From: an uncultured Gemmatimonadales bacterium
GTDB lineage: Bacteria; Gemmatimonadota; Gemmatimonadetes; Longimicrobiales; Longimicrobiaceae
Length of the DNA stretch: 64,000 nucleotides
Assembly (NCBI GenBank): GCA_963716255.1
Contig: OY970303.1
Coordinates: 160,001-224,000, forward strand
Direction: 5' to 3'
In this document: piece after piece, positions 50,074-62,961 of the stretch
How positions within the stretch are numbered: position 1 is the stretch's first letter
Layout: every line of letters starts with the position of its first letter
Program-made: the position numbers and the translations under genes
Notes under the pieces: generated by a model
Database searches by the model: none
Told to the model about the DNA's origin: nothing
What the model saw: only the letters and a program-made list of their open reading frames with translations

Positions 50074-51075
50074 ATGATCCAGGGCACCGCACTCCTGCGT
50101 GGCGCGCTGCTGGCCGCGATGCTGTCGTCTGCCGCCTGCGCCGACGCCGTCACCGACGCCCCCGCCCCGGCCGCGCCCCGCGCCGACCTCACCGTCTCGG
50201 CGCTCGCGTCGGTCAACATCCGCAGCCTGATCGACACCGTCACCAACACCATCATCGCCGATTCCACGAACCAGTACGACGTGCCGACGGCGACCCACAC
50301 CCTGCACTTCCGCACGGCGGTGGACCGCGTGCTGGCCGGCCGCGTCGCCGGCGCGGACTCCCTGCTGGACGCGTACGCCTACGACGTGTACTCCATCCGC
50401 GACGCCACGAGCGGCGACTCCATGGTGGTCTTCCGCGAGCGCAAGGCCTCCGGCAGCACCAAGGTGGCGCGCGGCTGGGGGACGTACATCTTCAACCCGG
50501 CCCCGGCGCGGCGGGTGGACGTGCACGTCAACCACCCCATCGACGACCAGCACACCGAGGACATCGGCTCCGAGCTGTTCCGCGACGTCAACGGCCGGTG
50601 GTTCATGATGGCGGGGGCGCGGCGCCTGGCCAACTTCAACGGCGACGCGGACGTGGCGCACCAGGCCGGGAGCGTGTTCAACCAGATGCACACCCGCGTA
50701 GCCGCGGCCAACGTGCGCACCGTCTCCATCCACGGCTTCCGCGAGAGCAACAACACCAGCCTGCCGGACGACGTGGACCAGGTGCTCAGCAACGGCGCCT
50801 CCGCCACCAGCGCCACGCCGGTGTACACCGCGGCCGAGACGACGCTGCGCACGCGGCTGGTGAACGGCGGCTTCGTGGCGGGGCTGTTCAACGTCACGCC
50901 CAGCTACAACGTGCTGGGGGCCACCACCAACGTGCAGGGGCTGCACTCCAACAACGGCTTCGGCTTCGGGCGGTGGATCCACGTGGAGACCGAGAAGAAC
51001 GTGCGCGACGACACCACCGCGTGGAGGTCCATGAACACGATCCTGCGGCAGTGGATCATCGACTTCCCCACCTGA
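50074..51075 (+). CDS. Lipoprotein, putative zinc amidohydrolase/carboxypeptidase-like fold
   Basis: Lipobox AAC; GWGTY, NHP-x-x-D-x-x-TE, DVAH, SIHGF, IHVE. Confidence 0.65.
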   Translation: MIQGTALLRGALLAAMLSSAACADAVTDAPAPAAPRADLTVSALASVNIRSLIDTVTNTIIADSTNQYDVPTATHTLHFRTAVDRVLAGRVAGADSLLDAYAYDVYSIRDATSGDSMVVFRERKASGSTKVARGWGTYIFNPAPARRVDVHVNHPIDDQHTEDIGSELFRDVNGRWFMMAGARRLANFNGDADVAHQAGSVFNQMHTRVAAANVRTVSIHGFRESNNTSLPDDVDQVLSNGASATSATPVYTAAETTLRTRLVNGGFVAGLFNVTPSYNVLGATTNVQGLHSNNGFGFGRWIHVETEKNVRDDTTAWRSMNTILRQWIIDFPT

Positions 51076-51106
51076 CGGAACGGCTGTACGGATTACGGCT
51101 GGGTCC

Positions 51107-51239
51107 GGGCGTGACCCCCGCTGGCGCGGGGGTCGGGCTTCGGCTCCGTAGGGCTGCAAACAACGCAGCCCAACGGAGTCGAGACCCGGCGGAAACTGCC
51201 CCGCCGGGTCTCGCCCCTTCGGGCCGTAATCCCTCACGC
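51107..51239 (+). repeat. Family A element, copy 7 (most diverged)
   Basis: Compensatory change in the first hairpin. Confidence 0.9.
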
Positions 51240-51414
51240 AACGGCTCACGACAACCCCAACGACGCGGCCCCGGGCGAGATCTCGTCCGGGGCCGCTTGC
51301 CGTTTCCCCGCGCCCGGGCTTGTCAGGCGCCGCGGCGGCGCGTACGCTTCCGCGATCGCCTGCCCTTTCCGGCTTCTCTTCCCCGCCCGCCCGACTGCCT
51401 CCGGAGACGCTGCC

Positions 51415-52731
51415 ATGCGCGACCTTCGTGTGCCCGTCCGCCCGTTCGCCGTCACCTTCCTGCTGACCGCGCTCCTCGCCGGGTGCACGACCGCGGCGAA
51501 GCGCTACGAGCAGGGAGTGGAGCTGGAGCAGCGGGGCCGCCCGGTGGACGCCGCGCTCCGCTACGTGGAGGCCCTCCGCAAGGAGCCGGGGCTGGCCGAG
51601 GCGCGCGCGCGCCTCGCCGAGACCGGCGCGCGCGCCGTGGACGGGCTGCTGGGCGAATCCGCCGCGCTGGACGCGAGCGGGCGTCCGGCCCAGGCCGCGG
51701 AAACGCTGCTGCGGCTGGACGCGCTGCGCCGCGACGCGGCGGGGGTGGGGGTGCCGCTCGGCGCGCCGGACGACTACGCCGGGCGCCGCCGCGCCATCTT
51801 CGACCGCGCCATCGACGCCGCGGTCGCCGGAGCTCCCGGCGCCGGCGGCTGGGACGACGCGCTGCGGCGCCTGGAGCGGGCGGGCGCCGCCTTCGGGCCG
51901 TCCGCCGACCAGCGCGAGCGGCTGGCGCAGGCGCGCTCCGGCGTGTACCTGGCCTGGGGCGAGTCCGAAGCCTCGCGCGGGCGCTACCGCGAAGCGTATG
52001 GTGTGGCCGAGCGGGCGCTCCGCGCGCTGGGGAGCGGCGGCCCCGGCGCCGCCCGCCTGGCCGAGTTCCAGGCGGACGTGCTGCGCCGCGGCACCGTGGT
52101 CGTCGCCGTCCTCCCCATCACCGCCGACGACGACCTCCTCCGCCGCCTGGACGAGAAGCTGGTCCGCGAGGTCGAGGACGTTCTGGCGGAGCGTCACTGG
52201 GGGGGCGCGCCGGCCTTCGTGGAGGTCGCGGACCCGCAGCGCGTGGGCCGCGACGCGCGGCGCGAGGGGTATGGCCGCCGCGCGGCCACCCCCCGGGAGG
52301 CGGCGCGGCTGGCGCGCGAGGCGGGCGCGGACTTCGCCGTGATCGCCGAGCTGGACAGCGTCCGCGTGGAGGAGCGCGACGTGCGCGAGTCGCGGCGGCA
52401 CGTCCGCACCGGCGAGGGCGCCGACACGGCGTACACGCTGCGGGAGGGGCGCGTCCAGGGCTGGGCGCGGGTGTCGCTCACCCTGGTGGACGCCCGCGAC
52501 GCCGGGGTTCTGGACCGCGCCACGGCGACCGCCGACCGCTCCGGCTCCTTCCGCCGCGGCATCTTCGCCGGCGACTGGCGCACCCTCGCCCTCCCCCGGG
52601 CCGACCGCGAGCTGTTCGCGCTCCCGGGCGAGACGCGCGACCGCCGCGAGCTCACGCTGGACCTGGCCGGTGACCTCGCGGAGCGGGTCGCGCGGGAGGT
52701 GTTCGACGCCGTGCTGCGCCAGGTGCCGTAG
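51415..52731 (+). CDS. Hypothetical lipoprotein with TPR-like N-terminus
   Basis: Lipobox LAGC; helical repeats. Confidence 0.72.
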   Translation: MRDLRVPVRPFAVTFLLTALLAGCTTAAKRYEQGVELEQRGRPVDAALRYVEALRKEPGLAEARARLAETGARAVDGLLGESAALDASGRPAQAAETLLRLDALRRDAAGVGVPLGAPDDYAGRRRAIFDRAIDAAVAGAPGAGGWDDALRRLERAGAAFGPSADQRERLAQARSGVYLAWGESEASRGRYREAYGVAERALRALGSGGPGAARLAEFQADVLRRGTVVVAVLPITADDDLLRRLDEKLVREVEDVLAERHWGGAPAFVEVADPQRVGRDARREGYGRRAATPREAARLAREAGADFAVIAELDSVRVEERDVRESRRHVRTGEGADTAYTLREGRVQGWARVSLTLVDARDAGVLDRATATADRSGSFRRGIFAGDWRTLALPRADRELFALPGETRDRRELTLDLAGDLAERVAREVFDAVLRQVP

Positions 52732-52780
52732 GCCGATCCAACCCCCGTCGAACCGCTCCCGCAAGGATCCCAACAGATCC

Positions 52781-52809
52781 TTTACAGGAGGAACGAGGCT
52801 TGATACGGT
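52781..52809 (+). promoter_or_regulatory. Sigma70-like promoter of the RHH gene
   Basis: TTTACA-17 nt-TACGGT with extended TG. Confidence 0.45.
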
Positions 52810-52843
52810 TGAGCGACGGGAACAGCCCCACGGGAGAGCTTCG

Positions 52844-53104
52844 ATGACGACCCTGCAGCTCCAGCTGAGCGACGAGATGGCGCGGGCGATCGACCGCCTG
52901 GCCGGCGAGGCGGGGCAGGACCGCGAGGAGTTCATCGCCGACGCGCTCCGCCGCCGGATCGAGGACGCCGGGGGAGTCTATCGGGCCCGCATGAGCACCC
53001 GGTCTTTCGAGATGGTGAGGGACCAGCTCCGGCCGTACGCGGAGGAAGCTGGGTTCACGATGGAAGAAGACATCCTGGACGACCTCCGGACAGCAGCGCC
53101 CTGA
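52844..53104 (+). CDS. CopG/ribbon-helix-helix protein, antitoxin-like
   Basis: TLQLQLSDEM...IDRLA...REEFIADALRR; PYAEEAGFTMEEDIL tail. Confidence 0.7.
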   Translation: MTTLQLQLSDEMARAIDRLAGEAGQDREEFIADALRRRIEDAGGVYRARMSTRSFEMVRDQLRPYAEEAGFTMEEDILDDLRTAAP

Positions 53105-53167
53105 AAAGCGCCGGTACCGAGCGACTGCGGGCCCACACCGGGCATGCTCGAAGTTCGGATTAAGGAT

Positions 53168-53203
53168 GAGGGGCACCGGCGCGCTGCCGGTGCCCCTCGT
53201 TTT
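53168..53203. terminator. Terminator between convergent genes
   Basis: GAGGGGCACCGGC/GCCGGTGCCCCTC-GTTTT. Confidence 0.75.
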
Positions 53204-53221
53204 CTCGACCTACCCGCCAGC

Positions 53222-54103
53222 TCACACCAGCTTCATCGCCGCCGGCTTCTCGCCCGAGTAGTCGTAGAAGCCCTTCCCCGTCTTCCGCCCGAAGTACCCC
53301 AGCGAGATCATCCGCTTGAGCAGCGGCGGCGACGCGTAGCGCTTCTCCTTGTACTCCTTGAACATGATGTCGCCGATCTTGTCCAGCGTGTCCAGCCCCA
53401 CGAAGTCGCTGAGCACGAACGGCCCCATGGGGTAGCCCGTCCCCAGCTGCATCCCCTTGTCGATGTCCTCGATGGTGGCGACGCCCTGCTCCAGCGCGCG
53501 GATCGCGTCCATCATGTAGGGCACCAGCAGCAGGTTCACCACGAAGCCCGAGTTGTCCTTGCAGACGATGGGCTCCTTGCCCAGCGACTTCGCGAAGGCG
53601 AAGGCCGTGTCGAACACCGCCGCGTCCGTGGCGATGGTCTTCACCACCTCCACCAGCTTCATCACCGGCACCGGGTTGAAGAAGTGCAGCCCCACCATCC
53701 GCTCCGGCCGCTTCGTGGCCGCCGCCATGTCCGCGATGGTGAGCGACGACGTGTTGCTGGCGAAGATGGTGTCCGGCCCGCACACCCCGTCCAGCGTCCG
53801 CCACATCTCGTTCTTGAGGTCCAGGTTCTCCACCACGGCCTCGATGATGATGTCGCAGTCCTTCAGGTCCTCCAGGCGGGAGGTCCCGCGCAGACGTCCC
53901 AGGGTCGCGTCGCGGTCCTCCGCGGCCATCTTGCCCTTCTCCACCGCCTTGCCCAGCTGCTTGCCGATGCCGCCGATGCCGCGCTCGCACAGCTCGTCCG
54001 AGACCTCGCGGACGAGGGTGTCGTAGCCCGCCGCCGCGCACACCTGCGCGATCCCGCTCCCCATGAGCCCGCACCCGAGCACGCCTACCCGCTTGATCTC
54101 CAT
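53222..54103 (-). CDS. hbd: 3-hydroxybutyryl-CoA dehydrogenase
   Basis: GCGLMGSGIAQ, ASNTSS, GLHFFNP, PMGP, G-x-KTGKGFY. Confidence 0.92.
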   Translation of the reverse strand: MEIKRVGVLGCGLMGSGIAQVCAAAGYDTLVREVSDELCERGIGGIGKQLGKAVEKGKMAAEDRDATLGRLRGTSRLEDLKDCDIIIEAVVENLDLKNEMWRTLDGVCGPDTIFASNTSSLTIADMAAATKRPERMVGLHFFNPVPVMKLVEVVKTIATDAAVFDTAFAFAKSLGKEPIVCKDNSGFVVNLLLVPYMMDAIRALEQGVATIEDIDKGMQLGTGYPMGPFVLSDFVGLDTLDKIGDIMFKEYKEKRYASPPLLKRMISLGYFGRKTGKGFYDYSGEKPAAMKLV

Positions 54104-54150
54104 CGAGCTTTTCCTCCGCCGTGGTTTGAAAAGATTGAACTACCGGGTTC

Positions 54151-54279
54151 GGGCGTGCCCCCGGCTGACGCCGGGGTCGGGCTTCGGCTCCGTAAGCCCG
54201 CAAACAACGCGGGCTAACGGAGTCGAGCCCCGGCAAACCGCCGCCGGGTCTCGCCCCTCCGGGCCGAAATCCCTCACGC
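54151..54279 (+). repeat. Family A element, copy 8
   Basis: Consensus match; antisense to flanking genes. Confidence 0.9.
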
Positions 54280-54313
54280 AGCTTCATACGTGGCTGCAAA
54301 AACCAGCAGTCGT

Positions 54314-54367
54314 CCCCTCTCCCAGAATTGGGAGAGGGTGGCGAGCCTAAAGCGAGCCGGGTGAGGG
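54314..54367. repeat. Family B' REP-like element
   Basis: CCCCTCTCCCAGAATTGGGAGAGGGTGGCGAGCCTAAAGCGAGCCGGGTGAGGG. Confidence 0.8.
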
Positions 54368-54401
54368 CCGCCGTTGAAGGCTGTTCCCTGTTCCCTGCCG
54401 T

Positions 54402-55217
54402 TCAGATCCCCAGCCGCTTCCGCCAGTCCGGCGCGCGCTGCGGGAGCCGCAGCTCGCCGTGCTCCAGGCGGTCCAGGAACGCCTCCAGCTTCTCCTGCGT
54501 GGAGCGGGAGACCGCGCCGAAGATCCCCCGCATCCCCAGGTACACCCCGCCGAGCACCGGCAGCGCGACGAGCGCCAGCGGGTCCACGATGGGCGTGGCC
54601 AGCACGGCCGTCACGATCGCCGCCGCGCCCCCGCCGCCGCCCAGCGCCGCGCCCGCCGCCAGGCCGCCGCGCACGTTCCCCAGGTCCGTGGACACCTCCA
54701 CGAAGCAGGTGTCCGCGTCGATCACAGACACCGCCACGTCCAGCGGCGTCACGTCCAGGAACGCCTGCCGCTCCTGCACCTTCCGGTAGGCGCGGCCCAT
54801 CACCGCGCCCATCCCCGTCCCCGCCACGTAGCGCGTGCGGTCCGGGAACCGGCGCTGCACCACCATGTACTCCACCGTCGTCAGGTACTGCTCCACCAGC
54901 AGCCCCACCGCGGCCGCCGGGCGGCGCACCGTGCGCGCCGCGAGCACCGTGCGCGGGCCCATCGTCCGGGCGAGCACGCCGCGCTCCGCGGGGGCGCGGC
55001 CGCGCACGTCGGCGATGGCGCGGCGCACCGTCGCCGGCTCCAGCCCCAGCTCCTTGCCGATGCGCAGCACCTCCGCCTCGGGGATCCCCTCCGGCTCGTC
55101 CGCCTCGCCGGCCGCCGTCTGCAGCTCCACGGCGCGGCGGATGATGGCCTCCAGCTCCTGGCTGGAGACCCGCCGCACCGGGAGGTTGCCGCCGGGGGGA
55201 GGAGTGCCTTCGCTCAT
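54402..55217 (-). CDS. Hypothetical membrane protein
   Basis: IIRRAVELQ...EVLRIGKELGL N-terminus; two C-terminal TM segments; ATGA overlap. Confidence 0.72.
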   Translation of the reverse strand: MSEGTPPPGGNLPVRRVSSQELEAIIRRAVELQTAAGEADEPEGIPEAEVLRIGKELGLEPATVRRAIADVRGRAPAERGVLARTMGPRTVLAARTVRRPAAAVGLLVEQYLTTVEYMVVQRRFPDRTRYVAGTGMGAVMGRAYRKVQERQAFLDVTPLDVAVSVIDADTCFVEVSTDLGNVRGGLAAGAALGGGGGAAAIVTAVLATPIVDPLALVALPVLGGVYLGMRGIFGAVSRSTQEKLEAFLDRLEHGELRLPQRAPDWRKRLGI

Positions 55218-55281
55218 CGCGTCTTCAGGAACGGAACGAGGAGGGCCGCCGCGCCCGGAACCCGCGCGGCGGCCCGCCCAC

Positions 55282-56493
55282 CTACGCCGGGAACGCCTCC
55301 ACCACCACCGCGATCCCCTGCCCCCCGCCGATGCAGGCCGTCCCCAGCCCGAAGCGCTTGCCCTGGCGCCGCAGCTCGTGCAGGAGGTGCACGGTGATGC
55401 GCGCCCCCGAGGCGCCCAGCGGGTGCGACACCGCGATGGCGCCGCCGGACACGTTGGTGCGCTCGCGGTCCAGACCCAGCTCCTTCTCCACCGCGCAGTA
55501 CTGCGAGCCGAAGGCCTCGTTGACCTCCACCAGGTCCATCTGGCCCACGTCCATCCCCGCCTTCTGGAGGGCCACGCGCGACGCCGGCACCGGGCCGATC
55601 CCCATGTGCTTGGGCTCCACCCCCGCGATCCCCCAGCTCACCAGCCGGCCCAGCGGCTTCACGCCGTTGCGGTCCGCCCAGGCGCCGCTGGCGATCACCA
55701 CCGCCGCCGCCCCGTCGCCGATCCCCGAGGCGTTGCCGGCCGTCACCGTGCCGCCCTCCTTGAAGTACGGCTTCAGCCTGCCCAGGCTTTCCAGCGTCGT
55801 GTCCGGGCGAATGTGCTCGTCCGCCGCGAACTGCGTCTCGCCCTTGCGGCTCCTGAGGGCGATGGGGACGATCTCCTTCTCGAAGCGCCCCTCCTGCCAC
55901 GCCTGGTGCGCGCGCTGCTGCGAGCCGTGCGCGAACTGGTCCACCGCCTCGCGGGTGATCCCGTAGTGGTCCGCCAGGTTCTCCGCGGTCACCGCCATGG
56001 AGCACCCCGCGAAGGTGTCCGTGAGCGCCTCCCACAGCGAGTCCTCGTAGAACTTGCCGGCCGGCCCCAGGCGCTGGTCGCCCCAGCGGGCGCCGCGGAC
56101 CACGTGCGGGGCCTGGCTCATGGACTCGGTGCCGCCGCACAGGGCGACCTCCGCCTCGCCCAGCATGATCTCCATGGCGCCGCTCACGATGGCCTGGAAG
56201 CCCGAGCCGCACAGCCGGTTGAGGGTCAGCGCCGGGACGTCGATGGCGAGCCCCGAGCGCAGCCCCACGTGCCGCGCCAGGTAGATGGCGTCGGCGGAGG
56301 TCTGCAGCGCGTTGCCGAAGACGACGTGGTTCACCTCCCCGGCGGGGACGCCGGAGCGCTCCAGCGCGCCCTTGGCGGCGAACACGCCCAGGTCGGTGGC
56401 GCTGAAGTCCTTGAGGGCGCCCCCGAAGGTGCCCATGCCGGTGCGCGCGGCGGAAAGGAAGACGACGTCGATGTCCTTGCCCTGGGTGCCCAT
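55282..56493 (-). CDS. Acetyl-CoA C-acyltransferase (thiolase)
   Basis: NRLCGSG, NEAF, SHPLGASG, CIGGGQG. Confidence 0.93.
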   Translation of the reverse strand: MGTQGKDIDVVFLSAARTGMGTFGGALKDFSATDLGVFAAKGALERSGVPAGEVNHVVFGNALQTSADAIYLARHVGLRSGLAIDVPALTLNRLCGSGFQAIVSGAMEIMLGEAEVALCGGTESMSQAPHVVRGARWGDQRLGPAGKFYEDSLWEALTDTFAGCSMAVTAENLADHYGITREAVDQFAHGSQQRAHQAWQEGRFEKEIVPIALRSRKGETQFAADEHIRPDTTLESLGRLKPYFKEGGTVTAGNASGIGDGAAAVVIASGAWADRNGVKPLGRLVSWGIAGVEPKHMGIGPVPASRVALQKAGMDVGQMDLVEVNEAFGSQYCAVEKELGLDRERTNVSGGAIAVSHPLGASGARITVHLLHELRRQGKRFGLGTACIGGGQGIAVVVEAFPA

Positions 56494-56801
56494 GCGGGAT
56501 CTTCTCCCTTGAGTGCGAGTACAAGTGAAAGGTTTCACAATATGACCGGCGCGGGGGCGGCTCGCAAGCCGCGGCCGGGTGGCGGAGGCGCACGGGAGGC
56601 GGGGGGTGGAACGATCCGCCCGACGCCCTTATCTTTCGACACCGCCGCATCATCCGGCGTGGCACCGGCCCATGGGGAGGCCGGTGTTTTTTGATTCCGC
56701 CTCCCCGCGTTTCACCGGCCGGCCGCCCCGGCCGATCCTTGATGAATGGCAGTCGCCCGCACCCGCGGCCTGCCTCCGCAAATCTGCATCGCAGTGCCCC
56801 C

Positions 56802-58751
<1,950 letters not shown>

Positions 58752-58955
58752 AACCCGAGCGGACGGCGGGCACGACACGGAGGCCCCGGGCGCCCTGCGT
58801 CCGGGGCTTCCGCGCGTCCGGCACCCCGGTGCTTGTGCCCGGCGCCCCTCCGGGATTACCGTTGATGCTCGGGGCGGCCCTCGCGGCGCGCCCCGCCCCC
58901 GCCCCGGCCGGACCCCGGCCCCGCCATCGATCCTCCCCCCAGAGGAGCTGGAACC

Positions 58956-59768
58956 ATGAGAGCCAGCAGCATCCCCGCGTACGAGGCCGGATTCAGCACC
59001 ACCCCCAGGGACTCGGACGGCAAGGCGTTCACGCTGAGCCCCTTCCAGGTCCAGGTCCCCGGCACCTCCGAGTCGTTCCAGGCGGTGTCGTGCCGGCCGG
59101 CCAGCGGCGACGAGAGCTACTTCTACAAGGAAGTCTTCCCCAAGAAGCGCATCGTCGTCCACTACACCGCCGGCTACCTCAAGGGCGACATCGCCGCCCT
59201 GACGAAAAAGGACAACCACGTTTCCGTGCCCTTCGTGGTGGCGCGCGACGGCACCGTGTACAACCTGTGGTCGTCGCGGTACTGGTCGTACCACCTGGGC
59301 AAGGGCGCCCAGGGCGGCAACCCCGAGATGAGCCGCAGCAGCATCGCCATCGAGCTGTCCAACCTGGGCTACCTGTGCCCCAAGGGCGACACCCTGGCCA
59401 CCTGCTCCGGCGACCCGTACTGCACGCTGGACGAGACCGACGCGTACCGCAAGCTGGACAAGCCCTTCCGGAGCTACAGCCACTACGCCACCTTCACCGA
59501 CGCGCAGTACCGCAGCCTGGGGAGCCTGCTGCGCTACCTCACGCGCACCTTCGACATCCCCGCCGAGTTCCTGCCGGAGCCGCAGCGCTACGACGTGTAC
59601 CCGGGGGTGGACAAGTTCCGGGGGATCACCACCCACGTGAACTACCAGCCCGAATCGTACGGCAAGTGGGACATCGGCCCGGCGTTCGACTGGGCGCGGG
59701 TGATCGCCTCGCTCACCACGGTGCCGCTGGCCGGCGTGGAGATTCCCGGGGGCGCGCCGGCGGTCTGA
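58956..59768 (+). CDS. N-acetylmuramoyl-L-alanine amidase (Amidase_2), no signal peptide
   Basis: IVVHYTAG, SYHLG, SIAIE, TDAQY, ITTH...KWDIG. Confidence 0.82.
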   Translation: MRASSIPAYEAGFSTTPRDSDGKAFTLSPFQVQVPGTSESFQAVSCRPASGDESYFYKEVFPKKRIVVHYTAGYLKGDIAALTKKDNHVSVPFVVARDGTVYNLWSSRYWSYHLGKGAQGGNPEMSRSSIAIELSNLGYLCPKGDTLATCSGDPYCTLDETDAYRKLDKPFRSYSHYATFTDAQYRSLGSLLRYLTRTFDIPAEFLPEPQRYDVYPGVDKFRGITTHVNYQPESYGKWDIGPAFDWARVIASLTTVPLAGVEIPGGAPAV

Positions 59769-59825
59769 GGCGAGGGTGTGCTTGCCGGGCGGGCCACGGC
59801 GTTCTAGCTTGCGGCGCGTGACAGG

Positions 59826-59857
59826 CCCGGACTCTGGAATCCAGGGTCCGGGTTTTT
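59826..59857 (+). terminator. Rho-independent terminator
   Basis: CCCGGACTCTGG/CCAGGGTCCGGG-TTTTT. Confidence 0.7.
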
Positions 59858-59885
59858 CGTTCGAACGGCATTTAACTGCGGAGTT

Positions 59886-60014
59886 GGGCGTGCCCCCGGC
59901 TGGCGCCGGGGTCGGGCTTCGGCTCCGTAGGGCTGCAAACAACGCAGCCCAACGGAGTCGAGCCCCGGCAAACGGCCGCCGGGTCTCGCCCCTTCGGGCC
60001 GAAATCCCTCACGC
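59886..60014 (+). repeat. Family A element, copy 9
   Basis: Consensus match, upstream of pyrD. Confidence 0.9.
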
Positions 60015-60061
60015 GGGTTTCCGTCTGCGTCCTCCAACGTCAACGGCTCGGTCGCACCGGC

Positions 60062-61162
<1,101 letters not shown>

Positions 61163-61175
61163 GCGGGAGGACCGC

Positions 61176-62264
61176 GTGATCCGCGCGGCCCGGTTCCTGG
61201 GCGGGTACCTGCGGCAGGAGCGGGTGCGCGTGCGCGAGGAGGAGGTCATCATCCCCATGCCGGACGGCGGCGAGGTGGAGGGCACCTTCTACCTCCCGCG
61301 CGGCGCGCGGCGGGCGCCCGGCTGGGTGGTGCTGCACGGGGTGAGCGTTCCCGGGCGCCGGCACGAGTCGCTGCTGCGCTTCTCGCGCGCCATGGCGGCC
61401 TCGGGCGCGGCGGTGCTGGTGCCGGACGTGCCCGCCTGGCGCGCGCTCCGGGTGCGCTCGGAAACGGCGCGCGCGGCGCTGATCCCGGCGACGGCGTACC
61501 TGCGCGGGCGGCCCGAGGTGCTCCCGGGCGGCGTGGGCGTGGTGGGCTTCTCGTTCGGCGCGACGCACGCGCTGATCGCCTCCACCGATCCCGGGCTGCG
61601 CGACGTGGTGCGCACGGTGGTGGGGTTCGGCGGCTACTGCGACCTGCGCCGGGCGATCGGCTGCATGTTCACGGGCGAGCACGAGTGGGACGGCCGCCGG
61701 TACGCGCTGGACCCGGACCCCTACGGCCGCTGGATCCTGGCGGCCAACTACCTCGCGGCGGTGCCGGGGATGGAGGGGATGGGCCGCGTCGCCCACGAGG
61801 CGCACGAGCTGGCGGCGGAGGCGGGGCGGCGCCGCACCTTCGCGGGCGAGGCGGACTACGACCCGCTCAAGGCCGCGGCGCGCGAGCGCCTTGGGGCGGA
61901 GGAGCGGGAGGTGTGGGACCTGCTGGCCCCGCCCTTCGGCGCGCCGGTGGGCGACCCGGACCGGGCGCGCGCCCTCGCGGACGCCCTGTCCGACGCGGTG
62001 CTGGCCGCCGACCCGGACCTGGACCCGCGCCGCGCCATGCCGGAGCTGCGCGCCCGGGTCGTCCTGGCCCACGGCGAGGCGGACCGGCTGATCCCCTTCA
62101 CCGAGTCGCTGCGCACGTACGCGGCGCTCCCGGAGCGGCTGGACCGCTCGGTCACCATCACGCGCCTGTTCGCGCACTCCACCGGCAGCTCCGCGGTGCG
62201 CGCAGTGGAGTACGGGGTGGAGGGGCTGCGCTTCTTCCAGCTGCTGCGGCGCGCGTTGCGGTAG
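61176..62264 (+). CDS. Alpha/beta hydrolase
   Basis: VLHG, GFSFG nucleophile elbow, HGEADRLIP, FAH; RBS GGAGG. Confidence 0.8.
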   Translation: MIRAARFLGGYLRQERVRVREEEVIIPMPDGGEVEGTFYLPRGARRAPGWVVLHGVSVPGRRHESLLRFSRAMAASGAAVLVPDVPAWRALRVRSETARAALIPATAYLRGRPEVLPGGVGVVGFSFGATHALIASTDPGLRDVVRTVVGFGGYCDLRRAIGCMFTGEHEWDGRRYALDPDPYGRWILAANYLAAVPGMEGMGRVAHEAHELAAEAGRRRTFAGEADYDPLKAAARERLGAEEREVWDLLAPPFGAPVGDPDRARALADALSDAVLAADPDLDPRRAMPELRARVVLAHGEADRLIPFTESLRTYAALPERLDRSVTITRLFAHSTGSSAVRAVEYGVEGLRFFQLLRRALR

Positions 62265-62360
62265 GGGGAACGGCAGTGCGGGCGTGCGGGAGTGAACGGC
62301 AGTACGAAGTACGCAGTACGTGAAAGCGCCCCGGCCGGGATCTCCCGGCGGGGGCGTCGG

Positions 62361-62415
62361 CCCTCACCCGGCTCGCTTGAGGCTCGCCACCCTCTCCCAA
62401 TTCTGGGAGAGGGGG
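62361..62415. repeat. Family B' REP-like element
   Basis: Near-identical to 25605-25659. Confidence 0.8.
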
Positions 62416-62479
62416 TCAACAGCGTGTGCTTCGACAGGCGCCCGGAGTTGGGGGTCGGCCGGGGGAGGGGCCTGCCGTC

Positions 62480-62608
62480 GCGTGAGGGATTTCGGCCCGA
62501 AGGGGCGAGACCCGGCGGCAGTTTGCCGGGGCTCGACTCCGTTGCAGACGGTTGTTTCGTCTGCTACGGAGCCGCAGCCCGACCCCGGCGCCAGCCGGGG
62601 GCACGCCC
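62480..62608 (-). repeat. Family A element, copy 10
   Basis: Reverse complement of the consensus. Confidence 0.9.
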
Positions 62609-62636
62609 GAACCCGCAGTTCAGGCAGTCGCAGTCG

Positions 62637-62873
62637 TCAAGACCCGCCCTTGCCGAACATCCCGCCCAGCCCGCCCGCGATGTCCCCGAGGTCGGGCATC
62701 CCGCCGCCCCCTGCCCCGCCCCCCTCCACCAGCCGCTTCAGGTTCCCGCCGACGGGCGGGGGGAGCCGGCCGTCCAGAAAGCTCACCGCGGCGAGCGCGG
62801 CCGCGCGGGCCTTGTCCTCCGGGATCCCGGCCCGATCGGAGATCTGCTGCACCAGCTCGTCGATCATCGCCAT
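62637..62873 (-). CDS. Small hypothetical protein (DUF2267-like)
   Basis: ELVQQISDRAGIPEDKA...FLDGRLP, Gly-rich tail; RBS GGAGG. Confidence 0.65.
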   Translation of the reverse strand: MAMIDELVQQISDRAGIPEDKARAAALAAVSFLDGRLPPPVGGNLKRLVEGGGAGGGGMPDLGDIAGGLGGMFGKGGS

Positions 62874-62961
62874 CTCGTCCTCCGCTGCCCGTCGTGGAAA
62901 GGAGCCCTTCCTCGGCGCGGAGTCGCGGCAAGGAGCGGTCCACGGCGGCGCGGGCGCGTCC

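Noticed and set aside
62274..62322. Short degenerate heptamer runs (AGTACGA/AGTACGC, GTGCGGG)
   Set aside because: Only about three units; too short to call beyond noting that it borders a repeat mosaic
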